Positions 12,297-25,020 of a DNA stretch of 64,000 nucleotides are shown one piece after another. The stretch is from contig OX597823.1 in assembly GCA_951406725.2 (NCBI GenBank), forward strand, positions 55,986,001 to 56,050,000, in the 5' to 3' direction. A program made the translations under genes and the position numbers. Under the pieces are notes generated by a model that did not search any database, was not told where the DNA came from, and worked only from the letters and a program-made list of their open reading frames with translations. The stretch's first letter is position 1. Every line of letters starts with the position of its first letter. This DNA comes from Octopus vulgaris (Eukaryota).

Positions 12297-12324
12297 TCTA
12301 TATATATTTATATATATACACGCA

Positions 12325-12785
12325 CACAAGGTCCGACGGGTAAATTATTGCCATTTTATATGTTTAATTTCATGCATGCACAGTGTTTGTTTTTGATGTT
12401 GTCGACTACACAGTATAGTAGGGTAAGTTGGGCACCGTCTATGAGGTAAACAGCACTATAACACAATTCACTCTGCCGGAAATATGGAAACGACATGCTG
12501 CACTGCTTGGTATTCGCGCTGGAATTTCCAGTACGAATATTTCAGAGTATTTGGATGTCAATCTGAGATCAGTACTATCTGAGGACATGTACCGAGAGTA
12601 ATAAAATCAAATATCCAGTCAAAATCATGGTGTTTGGAGTGATCACTAGTGATAGCGACGTTATGTCTCCATTCACCTTCCCACACGGCCTCAGTCTCAA
12701 CACGGAGGCCCACATCAAGTGTCTAGAAGAGGTAGTGTTGCTCTGGCTCAGCAGGATGGCTGCTGCAACACCCTATGCCTGGCAA
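12325..12785 (+). mobile_element. Tc1/maT-like transposon fragment
   Basis: Peptide KYPVKIMVFGVITSDSDVMSPFTFPHGLSLNTEAHIKCLEEVVLLW...PYAWQ is typical of DD37D transposases. Confidence 0.75.
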
Positions 12786-12959
12786 ATAAGTAACAAGATA
12801 TCAAGAAGTGATGCAGTACGACCGTTTCAAGCAACTCCATTTAATTGAACAATGCAAGCATTACATCAGTTTATATGCAGAGCTATCATTAGCTACACAA
12901 ATAAATAGTATAGACACACACATATATAGATATATATGTGTGTGTGTGCGTGTGTGTTA

Positions 12960-13340
12960 TCGCTAGGCCTAACTCATCGTAAAGTCAATACCACCATGAC
13001 TGATATCCAATCTACAGTGGAGAAGGCTAGCCACTGGATTTGGTTAAAAAGAGACGATGAGCGATGGCTAGAAGTATATTGAGTTTAACTTCATAATCAG
13101 CTGATCTAGCAAGCGGGGCCTCATATCAGTGAGGAGGGGCGGTGCGCATTGATGCCGTCGAGAGGTAGGCCCCGAAACGGCACGCATTCTCTCCTGATGA
13201 CCCCATACACTTGCTAGCTTCCGGTATACGGAGGTTTTAACTGGTAGCACTTGCATGTGCAAGTTGTTTGCAAGACATGATGTATGTATGTATGTATGTA
13301 TGTATGTATGTATGTATGTATGTATGTATGTATGTATGTA
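12960..13340 (+). mobile_element. 3' end of a Hero-type (R2 group) non-LTR element with (TATG)n tail
   Basis: C-terminal peptide VEKASHWIWLKRDDERW followed by a short UTR and a microsatellite tail. Confidence 0.6.
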
Positions 13341-13689
13341 TGCATATATGTGTGCGTATGAACATATGTATGTATGCGCGTGTGTATGTGTGAGGGAGAT
13401 GTATTTGTGCATGTACCCCAGTCTCCTTGTGTGTGCATATTTGAGTGTATCTATGAGCATGATTTTTGTGACTATGTATGTGCGTCTGTTATGTATGGAT
13501 GTATCTCCATGTGTTTTTGTGTGTATGCATATGGTCATGTGTTTTCGTCTCCTTTTGTATGTGTATGAACACGCGCGTGTGTATGTGTGGTTGTGTGTGT
13601 GTGTGTGCTTGTCTGCCCATATTATCTATGTACCTATCTATCTACTTACCTTTGTGTCTATCTTTTTACCTACCTATATATATGTATAA

Positions 13690-13960
13690 TTAATTTTTTA
13701 AGATAAAACAATGTGAGGACGTAACTCATGCAAAGTATTAATAAGACGCTCAGTGAAGGAAAAGAGTGGTTGTTTTACGTTTCCAGCATAGCTCTTCTTC
13801 AGAAACAGGAGACCTAGGAAATTCCAAAAGAAATGGAAGAAGGAGGGAAAAAATCGCCAACAGTCCATGTGTAGTTACATTTTTGAAATAACCGAAAGTA
13901 GATGGACAAAGAGAAAGTGCTTTCTGGGACAGGAGAGTGTGAAGAATCGTTGGTATGTGT
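13690..13960 (-). mobile_element. Penelope-like pLTR fragment with a hammerhead motif at ~13771-13807
   Basis: Minus strand GTTT-CTGAAGA-AGAGC(TAT)GCTG-GAAA-CGTA-AAAC; homologous to 4895-5120. Confidence 0.6.
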
Positions 13961-14439
13961 GTGTGTGTGCGCGCGTGTGTGTGTGTGCGATTATCAATGG
14001 TTGGTAGTGCTTATCAATGGTTGGTAGTGGTTTTGTATATGTGTGTATCACGGTGTGTAGAGAGACAAAAACAATGCTTGGACCTAGGTGGACAGGGCTA
14101 TGCGGCTAGTTAGATTGATGAAGAGATTAAGTGTAGATTAATGAAGAGACGAAAATAGAAAATCAATTAAATTTACATAATTGATCGAATGTTTTTCTTT
14201 TATCTTTGGGATGCGGTCATGATGGGAAACCATCTTGAAGTGTTTCGTCGAACAAATTGACACCAAAACTTATTCATATTTTAATGTCTGACACTTAATA
14301 TTTTTCTGCCGAACCGCTAAGTTATGGGGACTTTGGTGGGGGACAAACAAATAGCAGCACAGGCACACACACACACACATGCACAAACACACAGACATAC
14401 ACAAACACACACACACACACACCTTAGTGAGTTGGTTAT

Positions 14440-17400
14440 TGTCTTTTTTTTTTTGTTGATTATCTGTTGAGCTCTTCTTGGAATTGTACCTGTTGCCGTC
14501 ATTTTGACGAAAATTTTCGCCCTACGGGGCACAAAATTGTTTTTATGTACAACTTGTTGAACTATTTTGGGCCCGTTGTAGGGTGAAAAATTAATTTTGA
14601 CAAAGACATTTGCGCTTCTTTTTGAAATTCGGAGGTTATTTGTAAAAATGAAATTAAATCTATTGTCGAATGTCGACTTTCTGTTCTCAATGGAGGATTT
14701 CCCGGCAATGAAAGAATGTAACCAAATTGGTAACCAGGAAGGAAAGGAAAAGCTAGGTTTCTCTGGTGCTGTCGGTGGCAATTTCTGTGAATTAGAGGTG
14801 TCTAAGGAACAATTATTTAAGTTTCGAAACCTTATAAAGAAAAGTGGCAACGAAACAAAACTTCTGCCACCACAGGATATGATACAAAACTTAACTGCCA
14901 GAACGGTAGTATACAAAATATACAACCGTAAAGAAATAAGAATTATGTCAGTGAAGAACGAGGTGGTAGAGATGTGCCTCGCACCCATATGGGGAAAAAT
15001 TACCTATGTCGGTCGAGGACCAAGAAGCGTCACTGTTGAGGCGCAATTCGAGAATGCTGAAATAGCAAAAGAAATATCGACGCAAACTTTAAAAAGTGAT
15101 GCAATAATGTTGCTCTTCCGACCTACCTAGGCCGGAGAACTGCAAAAATAACAGTAGAGGTTACGATGTAACATGGATGGCAGCGGCCGTAATTTACGAC
15201 GCAGAAGAAGAAATAACAATACTACAAATGAAAAAGCGAGAAGCTCTAAATTGGAAAGGCCAAACTCTCGAGATGGTAGTTCAAGGCCCAAATGACATAC
15301 TTGAATCGAGGGCAGACCGCATTTTTATAGGGGAGAGACTGGGCGCTAGAGTTTCAGTCGATGGACGTAGACCCAGATGTGTTAAATGTGAGGGAAAAGG
15401 GCATGTCCGTTCGGAGTGCCAAAAAAATTTAAAAACAACTAAAAGATGCTAAAATCCCTCCCACAAAAGAAAATAATAAAAAAACGACGGAAAGCGATAC
15501 AGAAAACGCCACAGAAAGCGTCACGGGAAAAGCAGAAGTAAGGAACAACACAAATATAGAAAACACACAACACAAGGATACCGTACAGGAAATGGAATTT
15601 ACCACAGTGACTTCACATAAAAGGGAAAAAAGCCCAAGCCCCAGACTCACCTCCCCTGACAAAGAAATCATCTACATAAAACGCAAACGCAGAACAATCT
15701 TCCCAATCCACCCCCAAGTCGAAACTCGTCCACAACCCCCTCCCTTAAAAAGCACTAGGAGAAAGAATTGTTAAGTTCAACGAGAAAAAATGACGTTCTA
15801 GCGAAAATAATAACTTCGCATTACAAAGCATATGTGTTTCGACCAATACAAGGCATGCCACCGAATATATAGTCGGCAAGGATAGAAGCGGAACAATTTG
15901 AACAAGTTAAAGCAAAATACCCGCAGGATATACTAGACGTTAGCCAAGAGATGACCCACAAAAGACTTGTGTTTAGCCGTGCGGCTACACCAGCGACTAC
16001 TCCCCAGAAAGAAAAGGAGGGGGTTGTCGAATTCGTGCAGCTCCTCTCCAAACTTAAAATGTAAGTTCAATTATTTTTTACCATGGAAATTAAGTTAGGG
16101 TGTATAAATGTTCGTGACCTGAGGTTGAGATGGAAGCAAACTTGTCCCCTGGACGACCTCAGGTCACTAGAAATTGATATATGTGTTGCGACTGAGTCCA
16201 AGTTGAACAGGCCACAGGCGTTCTAGCATCTTCTAAATGGCTATGAGAAATTTATTTCTCCAATTCGACGGTGAGGCGGGGGCGTGGTGGTATTGTTAAG
16301 AAAAAGCTTGACGTACAGGTAAGTACAGTCTTTCAAGACCCAGAAGGTAGGCTGGTCGTCCTAGATGTGACACACGCAAATAAGCAGTCCTTCAGGTTGG
16401 TAGCGGTCTACGCTCCTGAAGAGTGTAGACAAGCTGGTCTTTTCGAGACCTGGAGGGCTTTGTGGTGACGTCTAAAACTCTAGTTTTAGTAGGAGACTTT
16501 AACACTATTCTCGACGCACGGGTGGACAGTGTTGGCTCGACCGATAGAAGGGGAAATCCTGGTCTAAAAAGTCTACTAGCAAGCTATAACCCAGTAGACT
16601 GATATAGACTGGATGAGCCGCTCGTTCCACAGTGGATGTGGACTAATAACGACGATTTACACAGATCTTATTCAAATAGGATATATTTAGAGATAGAGAT
16701 AGGAATACGTTTAGTTGCCCACGCTTTTGTTGTGTCTTTTACACGTATCACAAATTTGTGACGTGTGAGGTGTACTTAGTCAAGTGTCATAGACAGGGAC
16801 TAGGGTACTGGAAGATGAACAAGACTATTTTGACTTGTAAAACCTTCCGTGCCCGGGTTAAGAATTTAGTGTAGAGGGCATTATGCGGCGCCATCATTAA
16901 TAACAGATAGTGGTGCGCCATCAAGCGAGCCATTCATTCTGAGTCTCTTAGATTTAGTAAACAGCTAAGTTTAGAGAAGACTAGAATAGAAGGGAATCTG
17001 ATTAAGGAATTAGAGGAGGCCATGGAACCTGGTTCTTCATCCAGTGTGATGGCGGCAAGAGCGGTTTTTTCCATCATCTCAAAGCCAAACACGAAGGGTG
17101 TAGAGTTAGGGCTAATTTACGTGCGGCGGGTAGAGAAGGTATTAACGTTGCCGGATGGGCACGTCGTGTGGAGAGTCGGAGAGGCAGAGAAGCCTCTATA
17201 ACGTCTTTGATTGACGAGCAGGAGCGCACGATCAAAGGACAGGAGGAGATGCAAAAGGCTTTTCACCAACATTTCACCCGGTTGTTCGGGGAGAGCGGGT
17301 TGCTGGACCGTGGGGAGTCCCTAAAGGACTTCCTCGCCGGCGGGCAGCGACTCTCGGCGCGGGAGGCGGAATGTTGCGAAAGGCCGATTACAGCTGCAGG

Positions 17401-19622
17401 GGTCGAGGAGGTGCTGGATGAATGCGCCGGGGACAAGTTGCCGGGTCTGGATGGTCTGCTCTATGAATTTAATCGTAGCATGCCGGACTTGTTCGGACAC
17501 TTGCTGACCTGTGTCTACACAAACTGGCAGCACAATGGGGGGATTCCCAGCTTTGTGAGTCGGGGAGTGGTGACGCTAATCAGAAAAGACCCGAGCAAGG
17601 GGAATCATATTAGGCCCATAACTCTACTTAATGTAGAGTTAAAGGTTTTGGCCAAGGTGTTAGCAGAAATGTTGACGCGTGTCACGGAGAAACTTTTAGG
17701 GAAGGCGCAGACATGCGCCATCCCAAGCAGGTGAATCCAGGACAATCTTCATCTCTTACGCTACACCTTAGAGCGGGTAAAGTATTCGGTAAAGGTGGGG
17801 CATTGGTCCATTTAGACCAAAGTAAAGCTTTCGATAGGGTAGACCACCAGTACTTGGCGGCAGTCCTTGAGGCGGCTGGGCTAGGCTCGGACTTTCGCGG
17901 TTGGATCAAGGCCATCTATGGCGGCATCAAATCCGCAGTCCAAATAAACGGTTACCTGTCGGGGCTGTTTGAGATCAAGCGCTCGGTTCGTCAAAGGTGC
18001 CCCGTATCTCCGTTTCTGTATGTACTGATTCTTGAGCCATTGCTGCGGAGGTTGGAGTGTTTAGGGGGCATCCCCAATGAAATCGGATGTGGTAAGTCTG
18101 TTTCTGCATATACGGATGACGTCACCATCAGTGTGCCCAATGTAGCTCAGCTACCTTGTGTAGAGGATGCAAACAAAGGATACGAGGCGGTGGCAGGGGT
18201 AAAAGTTAACAAAGACAAGTCCATTGGTTTGCGGCTCGGCACCTGGAGCGGCAAGCCGATAACGTCCAATGTCGTGGCGCACTGGACGTATGGTCCTGTT
18301 AAGTTGCTTGGAGTTTGGTTTGGACCAGATTCCTAGACGGAGAAGAATTGGAGTGAGGTGGCAGGCAGGGTGGAGGCCCTAGTGCGGACCTGGTCTGGAA
18401 GGGCGCTGCCCCTGAAAGGGAAGGGTGTTTATTGCTTCTGTCATCACCTACCGTCTGACTGTTGTCCCTTGCCCTGATTCGTGGCTATGCAAGTTGGTGC
18501 GACTTCTCTTCCGCTTTTTGTGGGGAGTAAAACCGCCTGTGAGGCGCTCCGTATGCTGCCAAAAACCGCTAAAGAGTGGGTTAGGGATGCCGTGGCTATT
18601 GATGTGCAGGCATGCACTTAGGCTAAGGCATCTCTGGCTCTACCTGGATGGTGGCCAGGTGTGGAATTCGCTTGCAGGGGAATTCTTTCCTTGGTGGAAT
18701 TTACAACCGATTTGATTAAAAGACAGAATATAACTGAATAGCAAAAGGAGTACCAACAGGCACTTGCACTAATCCACAGGGCGGGCAAGGTCAGCAGCGG
18801 GAATACTACCTCGGTATTTTATAAAAGGGATGGTTGAGTATAAGAGCGATGGCGACCTAGGAGAGGCTCTGGGGTTCGATGAGAACCAGCTATCCAACCT
18901 GTTTCAAAAAACCTTCAGGTTGGAGTATTTGGATAATTATAAAAGTCCCCTGACCTGGCAGTGTTACAGGGATGCGTTACCTATCCGGGATAAATTGTCC
19001 AGGCACGGAATATCAGTGCCACCGGCATGCTCAACGTGCAGACAGGACAAGGCAACTGTCCTGCACGCTCTTGTACAGTTCCCGGAGCCTTCGGGTTTGA
19101 TAATTTACGTAGAACACATGTTGTCACACCTGAGAAGTGTACAGCTATCAGCTGAGTCTGTGATAAAGATTGTACCGCCAACATGACTATCAAAGGAACT
19201 TGAGGCACGTTTTCTGTGTAGGATTACAGTAATGAAAGAGTGTGCATGGAGAACCAGTATGCAAGGAATCGTGACAGGATCCTTCATCTCTGACCATGGT
19301 TTGCTGTTCTACTTCAGGTACCATCTGAAGAGCAAGATAGGACTGGAGAGAAGACAACTGTGGTGACGTATATATGAGAAAAGATGGGAGGATGTCGTGT
19401 GGAAGTTGGGAGTAAATGTCTCTACTTAATTCCATCCATGGCAGAAGCGAAGTGTAGTCGATGGATTTCCGGCCATTTTTTATGAAAATAGTGTGTAAAT
19501 TTTTAATTTATATATATGATTCATCCAGTTTTTAATTATAAACTCACTTAGCTCATTTATATGTTTGTAACGTCCTGTATTGTCCTTCTTTGTAATTGAT
19601 GTATATTATCATAATAAAGAAA
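14440..19622 (+). mobile_element. Near full-length degenerate Tx1/L1-clade LINE (ORF1 + ORF2)
   Basis: ORF1 with zinc knuckle CVKCEGKGHVRSEC; ORF2 from ~16083 has APE motifs (CINVR, DPEGRLVVLD, AVYAP, LVGDFN), RT motifs (PGLDGL, RPITLLNVELK, LDQSKAFDRVDH, VRQRCPVSP, SAYTDD) and a C-terminal Cys motif; AATAAA near 19613; many stops and frameshifts. Confidence 0.95.
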
Positions 19623-19624
19623 TC

Positions 19625-19830
19625 GGTGGTTGTCACGCGCTGATGACGGGTCAATACCCAGAAACTCCGGTCCGTGTGTATCACATCAGGCTGGAGATGG
19701 GAACGATGACTTCCCTTTGCAAATACTGATAGGGCACAGATAGTGAATCAATAGCCAGCTGGAGGAAATGTTTTCATGGAGCTACAAGCTACGGTAGCAT
19801 CAACCCTTAAGGGTCAGCCACATTTAGGTG
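19625..19830 (+). mobile_element. PLE-type pLTR fragment beginning with a hammerhead ribozyme motif
   Basis: Body is homologous to the arms of the palindrome at 31993-32326. Confidence 0.6.
19634..19678 (+). ncRNA. Type I hammerhead ribozyme motif
   Basis: Stem I CACGCG/CGTGTG, core CTGATGA, stem II GGGT(CAAT)ACCC, GAAA, short stem III AC(TCCG)GT, GUC cleavage triplet. Confidence 0.65.
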
Positions 19831-19861
19831 ACAAATATACTTCGCGATACATATATATATA

Positions 19862-21141
19862 CAATTTGGGGAAGCAAAATTTACAATGAAAGTTAAGTTG
19901 TTTTTTCTCAGGAGACACTAAGTCAATTGTTTTGAAACCTAGCATATATTGATGTCATACTCATACCTAACACTATTATCCTTACCTTTTCAGAAACTTT
20001 TGCCCATATGAGTAATCAGGAAAGCAAAAGTCAAAGAGTGTGTGATTTTCTGAATGCACTCGTCACACTAAAGGAGATTTCAAAAATAGTTGGAATGTCC
20101 ATAAAGACTATTTATAATGTAAAGAATAGAATGACTATGAGCAAATCTATTACGAGAAAGTCTGGAAGTTGAGGAATCAACAAAAAACGTACCAAAGTTT
20201 TTATTAAAGCTCTCAAATCCCAAATCCTAAAGGATCCAACCAAATCCATGAGAAAAATGGCAATTGAACTAGACAACAAGACCATTAGAAATGCTGTAAA
20301 ATATGATTTGAAGTTAAAATCTTACACGAGAACCCCAAAACACTTGTTGATAACAGCTATGAAGGAAAAGAGATTGGAGAGGTGCAAGAAAATTATTACA
20401 TGTTTCAAGAAAAAGTCCTCCATTGTAACGATCTTTTCAGATGAAAAGATCTTCACTGCCAATGCTGTTCTGAACAGCAGAAATGACAGATTTATCGCAA
20501 AATCAACAGCTGAGGTTAAGGGGACATTCAAAACAAAAGATCCTGCTCAAGTTATGGCTCTTGATGTTGTGGCTTCCGATGGAAAGAAAATGCCTATAAA
20601 ATTCTACAAAGCTGATGAAAAGATCAATGTTAATACTTACTACAAGACTCTGAGATACCAGGTATTGCGATGGCTTAAAGCAAACTACCCAGATGGTAAT
20701 TATGTATGGACACAGGATGGTGCTCCAGCCCACACAACTAGAAAAATACAAGATTTCTGTAAATCCAACTTTAGAAATTTTTTGGAATCATATTTATGGC
20801 TGCATTCTTGCCTAGATCTAAACTCTCTGGATTATGCTATTTGGGGCGCTTTAGAACATGCTACCAATAGAACATCACACAGCAATGTCGACTCTCTTAA
20901 AGGTACTATTAAAGAAGAATGGGAGAAGTTTTCTTCCGAATATTTGAGGAACACCTGTGCGAGTTTCAGGAAGCGTATGAAGGCAGTTATTGAGAAAGAA
21001 GGACGACACAGAATAAAAATATTTTCTATTATGTAAATTGTCTTGACAAATAAATTCTCATGACTTTCAATAAACAAATTGGTCATACACTGTCTTTCAA
21101 TCCCTGCCTCAAAATATTGTAAATTTTACTTCCCCACCCTG
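19862..21141 (+). mobile_element. maT/DD37D Tc1-mariner transposon, full length, degenerate
   Basis: TIRs ...TGGGGAAGCAAAATTTACAAT and ATTGTAAATTTTACTTCCCCACCCTG in a (TA)n context; ORF 20248-21036 has FSDEKIF, TQDGAPAH and 37 residues to the D in DLNSLDY; upstream in-frame stop. Confidence 0.95.
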
Positions 21142-21159
21142 TATATATATATATATACT

Positions 21160-21256
<97 letters not shown>

Positions 21257-21429
21257 ATTTGTATGTTTTATGTATGTATTCTCATGCATATAGTTACATA
21301 TCTAGACATGCTCATATATATCTAAATGATAAACATCTGGAAAGTTTTACAGATATTTACAGTTCCAGTGATGGATTGGATCTGTAGTCGTCAGATTAGC
21401 TTCATCCTTTCTGGTTTTATGTATGTATG

Positions 21430-21597
21430 TATGTACTTATTCCGACGGGCTTCTTTCAGTTTCTACCTGCCAAAATCCACTCGCAAGGCTTTGGTCAGCC
21501 TGGGGCTATAGTAGAAGACGCCCAAGATGTCACACAACGGAACTGAACTCGGAACCACGTGGTTGGGAAGCAAACTTCTTACCACATAGCCACCTCT
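21430..21597 (-). mobile_element. SINE family B 5' half
   Basis: CGACGGGCTTCTTTCAGTTTC...GGCTATAGTAGAAGAC...CTTACCACATAGCCAC. Confidence 0.75.
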
Positions 21598-21659
21598 ATG
21601 CATTCATTTTCAGGATGATTTAATTCAGAGGGTTTGATTGAGATTAGAATATCGTAGGA

Positions 21660-22000
21660 AAGACGGATTTTTCATGCCGAGCCAACCAGTAGGAGACCTC
21701 GGGTTAGACCAAGAAAGAAATGGTTTGCCATACTTGGGTATCTAACCGGAAACTTTAATGACAGCTGCTTCTGACAGGGCCAAATGGAGGAGGAGGTGCC
21801 TGGGGATTCTAATCCCACGACCTTCCCAGGAATAGCGGCTGGCTGGGTAGCTGGGTAGCTAGCTGGATGGATGGATGGATGGATGGGTGGCTGGCTGGAT
21901 AGATTGATGGATGGATGGATAAATGGATGGATGGATGGATGGATGGATGGATGGATGGATGGATGGATGGATGAATAGATGGATGGATAGATGGATGGGT
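21660..22000 (+). mobile_element. RTE-like LINE 3' end with (GGAT)n tail
   Basis: Peptide RRPRVRPRKKW...MTAASDRAKWRR resembles RTE C-termini; tandem-repeat tail follows. Confidence 0.55.
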
Positions 22001-22424
22001 GTGTGAGTGTCTTATTTCTATTCATGGATCGATGCGGTTTTAAACATAAAATGCATTTTATTAAAACTACTGTCAACAACGCTAAACCCAAACATCTATT
22101 TGGTTTATAACGAGGAACAAAGGCGTCATATTTAATACATACTCACCATGCGGTTTATTTCCTATTGAAATAATAGGAATAGGAGCACACCACAGTTGAG
22201 TGACCACTGACAACAGGAATGCTGAAAGCAGGATTACCTTGCTAGTGGTTATCATCTTTTAGTTCATCAATCTGAAACGGATTAATAACAGCAGCTGCAG
22301 CAACATCAAGACCAACATCAACATCAGGAAACAACATCAAGAATAACAACTCCCCCTCCCTCTCCTCCTCCTCCTACTACTACTACTACTACAACTACTA
22401 CTACTACTACTACTACTACTACGG

Positions 22425-22757
22425 TGGAGGCCCCCTTCGGTCATGAATGACCGTGGGATTGCACCTAGAAAGGCACAAGTCCGGACAAGGTTGTTTGTGG
22501 AAGGTCACCAGTCGCCGATGCATACCAGCCTCTCCTCCTCTCCAAACCACTGATGTTATCCAAGGGAAAGGCAAAGAGGCCGATACAGCTTGGCACCAGT
22601 GATGTCGCAACTCATCATTTCTACAGCTGAGTGAACTGGAGCAACATGAAATAAAGTGTCTTGCTCAAGAACACAACACACAGCCCGGTCCGGGAATCGA
22701 ACCCACAACCTCATCATCGTAAGCTCGACGCTCTAACCACTGAGCCATGCGCCTTCA
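22425..22757 (-). mobile_element. SINE family C-related copy inside (CTA)n
   Basis: Minus strand GAAGGCGCATGGCTCAGTGGTTAGAGCG, GGGTTCGATTCCC; similar copy at 38790-39122. Confidence 0.85.
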
Positions 22758-22994
22758 CTACTACTACTACTACTACTAAAAACATATACACTCTGAAAGT
22801 CAATGACTGTTCAGTTTGATATGATATTCTCAAAAACTCCTTAAAGGTAATTGACAAAACTGTTTGGTAACAAACAGTTTTATGAAGTGCTTTTATGAAG
22901 TGTTTGTATGCAAAATCTAAATATGAAATCACAATTTTCCTCTTTTCTTGTGGTGCACTTTTCTTTCTAGTTTTGCATAACCACCTGATAATGC

Positions 22995-23650
22995 GGGTTT
23001 CAAATTCTGGTACAGACCCAGTAATTTAATGGGAGGGAATAGGTCGATTACATCGACCCAAATTCTCAATCTGGCGCCTATTTTGTCGAGCCCGAAAAGA
23101 CGAAATTGAACTCGGAACATAAAGACAGGCGAATGTCGCTAAGCATTTTGCCCGACATGTTAACGATTCTACCAGCTTGCCGCCCTCCACATATCTAATA
23201 TTCTTTTCTACTCTAGGCACAAAACCCGAAATTGTGGAGGAGGGGGCTAGTCGATTAGATCGACCCCAGTACGCAACTATTACTTAAAGGATGAAAGGCA
23301 AAGTCGATCTCAGTGGAATTTGAACTCAGAAGGTAAAGACAGACGTAATACCTCTAAGTATTTCGCCCGGCGTACTAACGTTTCTGTCAGCTCGCCGCCT
23401 TACTTCAACGTATTTAATATTTTAAAAACCTCTTAGTCGGCAAGCTAGCAGAATCGTTTGCACGCCGGGCAAACTGCTTAGTGACATTTCGTCCGCCTTT
23501 ATGTTCGAGTTCAAATTCCTCTAAAGTCGACTTTGCTTTTCATTCTCCCGGGGTCGATAAAATAAGTACCAGACAAGTACTGAGGTCGATGTAATCGGCT
23601 TACTTTCTACGCCCTGAAACAGCTGACCTTGTGCCAAATTATGAAACCAA
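22995..23650. mobile_element. Cluster of three SINE family A copies (two minus, one plus)
   Basis: Copies at ~22995-23185, ~23200-23400 and ~23437-23650. Confidence 0.8.
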
Positions 23651-24069
23651 TATTAATATCAACTCTATTAATTTTCATGTAAAATTTGCACAATTTTATT
23701 CCTTTGCAAAGTTCTAATATTCTTCAGGTTAGCAGTCTGTATAGGCTGAGATATGTTTACACTAGTTCAGACATAAGCGTAGTCTTTGCATATGGATCAG
23801 CTTGAAGTTTCCTTGTAAACGTTGCAAAAGAAACAGCTGGTCTACGTCGCTCTATCATGGCTGTACGCAAGTGTTGTATTCATGTAGATGTCCTGCCACG
23901 CGGCGGAACTGTCTGAATCAACCTAATTTCTGCTGGTGTGTATTGGTCTCACGTTAAATTCCTAGAAACGTAAATTTATACTAACAAAATGCTGTCAATA
24001 TCATTTAAGATGTAAAGATGATCAGAATAAGAGTTGGACCTTTAATAATTTTTTGTTTAAAATATTTAA

Positions 24070-25020
24070 GATCACTAAGCGGATGGTCAAACGGTTCTGA
24101 AATGAAATGCCATTTGCTATGCCAATTATTTGGATGGAACACAAATATTACATAACATACTGTTCTATTTTTTTTTGTGAAAAAAAAAACGCAAAATGGA
24201 TAATTTTAAAAACTAAACTCTCAGTTAAATACCCTAGCCTACCGTCTGCAATGAGACGAGTTCCCCACTAGTACTCAAATTCCAGTACCAAATTTTCGTG
24301 TACATATTACATTAAGTAATAAAGAATCAAACAAGGATTGAGTATATCAAGAAGAAAAAGGTGAAGACATTTTTTATCTAATATTCCAGATTTAAGATTA
24401 CGTGGTTGTCATATATTGCAAAGTGGTGCTAAGTTTGTTTTCCGAAGTCACCATAATAAATTCAAAAAATGGTTCTCCCATGAAGATGAAATTGTGTTTT
24501 GTAAAAATGTGCAGTCAGTGATAGGGTTTCTTAGTCAGGATAGTGAATGAGAAGCGATTGTTCAAAGATTTTTTCAAGAGTCAAGTTCAGAGCAGTATTT
24601 CTTCATAACAGAAGTAAATTCAGTTCTGTATCTACGAAACCTGTTGCAAATATGAAAGAGCAATGCATCATTATGAAGTTACTTTTAGTAAATGCTCACT
24701 GTCAGAAATACAAGTAGAATATCCATAGAGATTTTTAGAACGTTACACTTTTGCTAAGTTTGCTATAAATTACATAAAGTAAGTGAAGCAGTTGTGGTAA
24801 AACAACTACGTTCAGAAAAATTGCCCTAGACGTTCTTCACTTGTTTCAGACAAGAAAATTATTTTGAATGAGTTTGGACCGATGAAAAACTTTGTTAAAG
24901 CGAATAATTAACTGCTAAGTGGATTCAAAACCAGTCAATGATATTTTCCTAAATCAATGACAAACATTAAAGAATGCAATTTTGTTGACCGTCAGATGAG
25001 AGAATTGTTGAGATTGCATG
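24070..25020 (+). pseudogene. Degenerate Chapaev3-like (CMC) transposase relic
   Basis: Peptide remnants DEIVFCKNV, RLFKDFFKS..RAVFLHN, GPMKNFVKA, IKECNFVDRQMRELL resemble WRLFIDSS..LKAVLLHN / KLGLMKNFVKA / KEGIF.GPQIR motifs; family assignment is from recall. Confidence 0.55.

Noticed and set aside
14317-14988. 223-aa minus-strand ORF
   Set aside because: Antisense shadow of LINE ORF1, running into a (GT)n repeat
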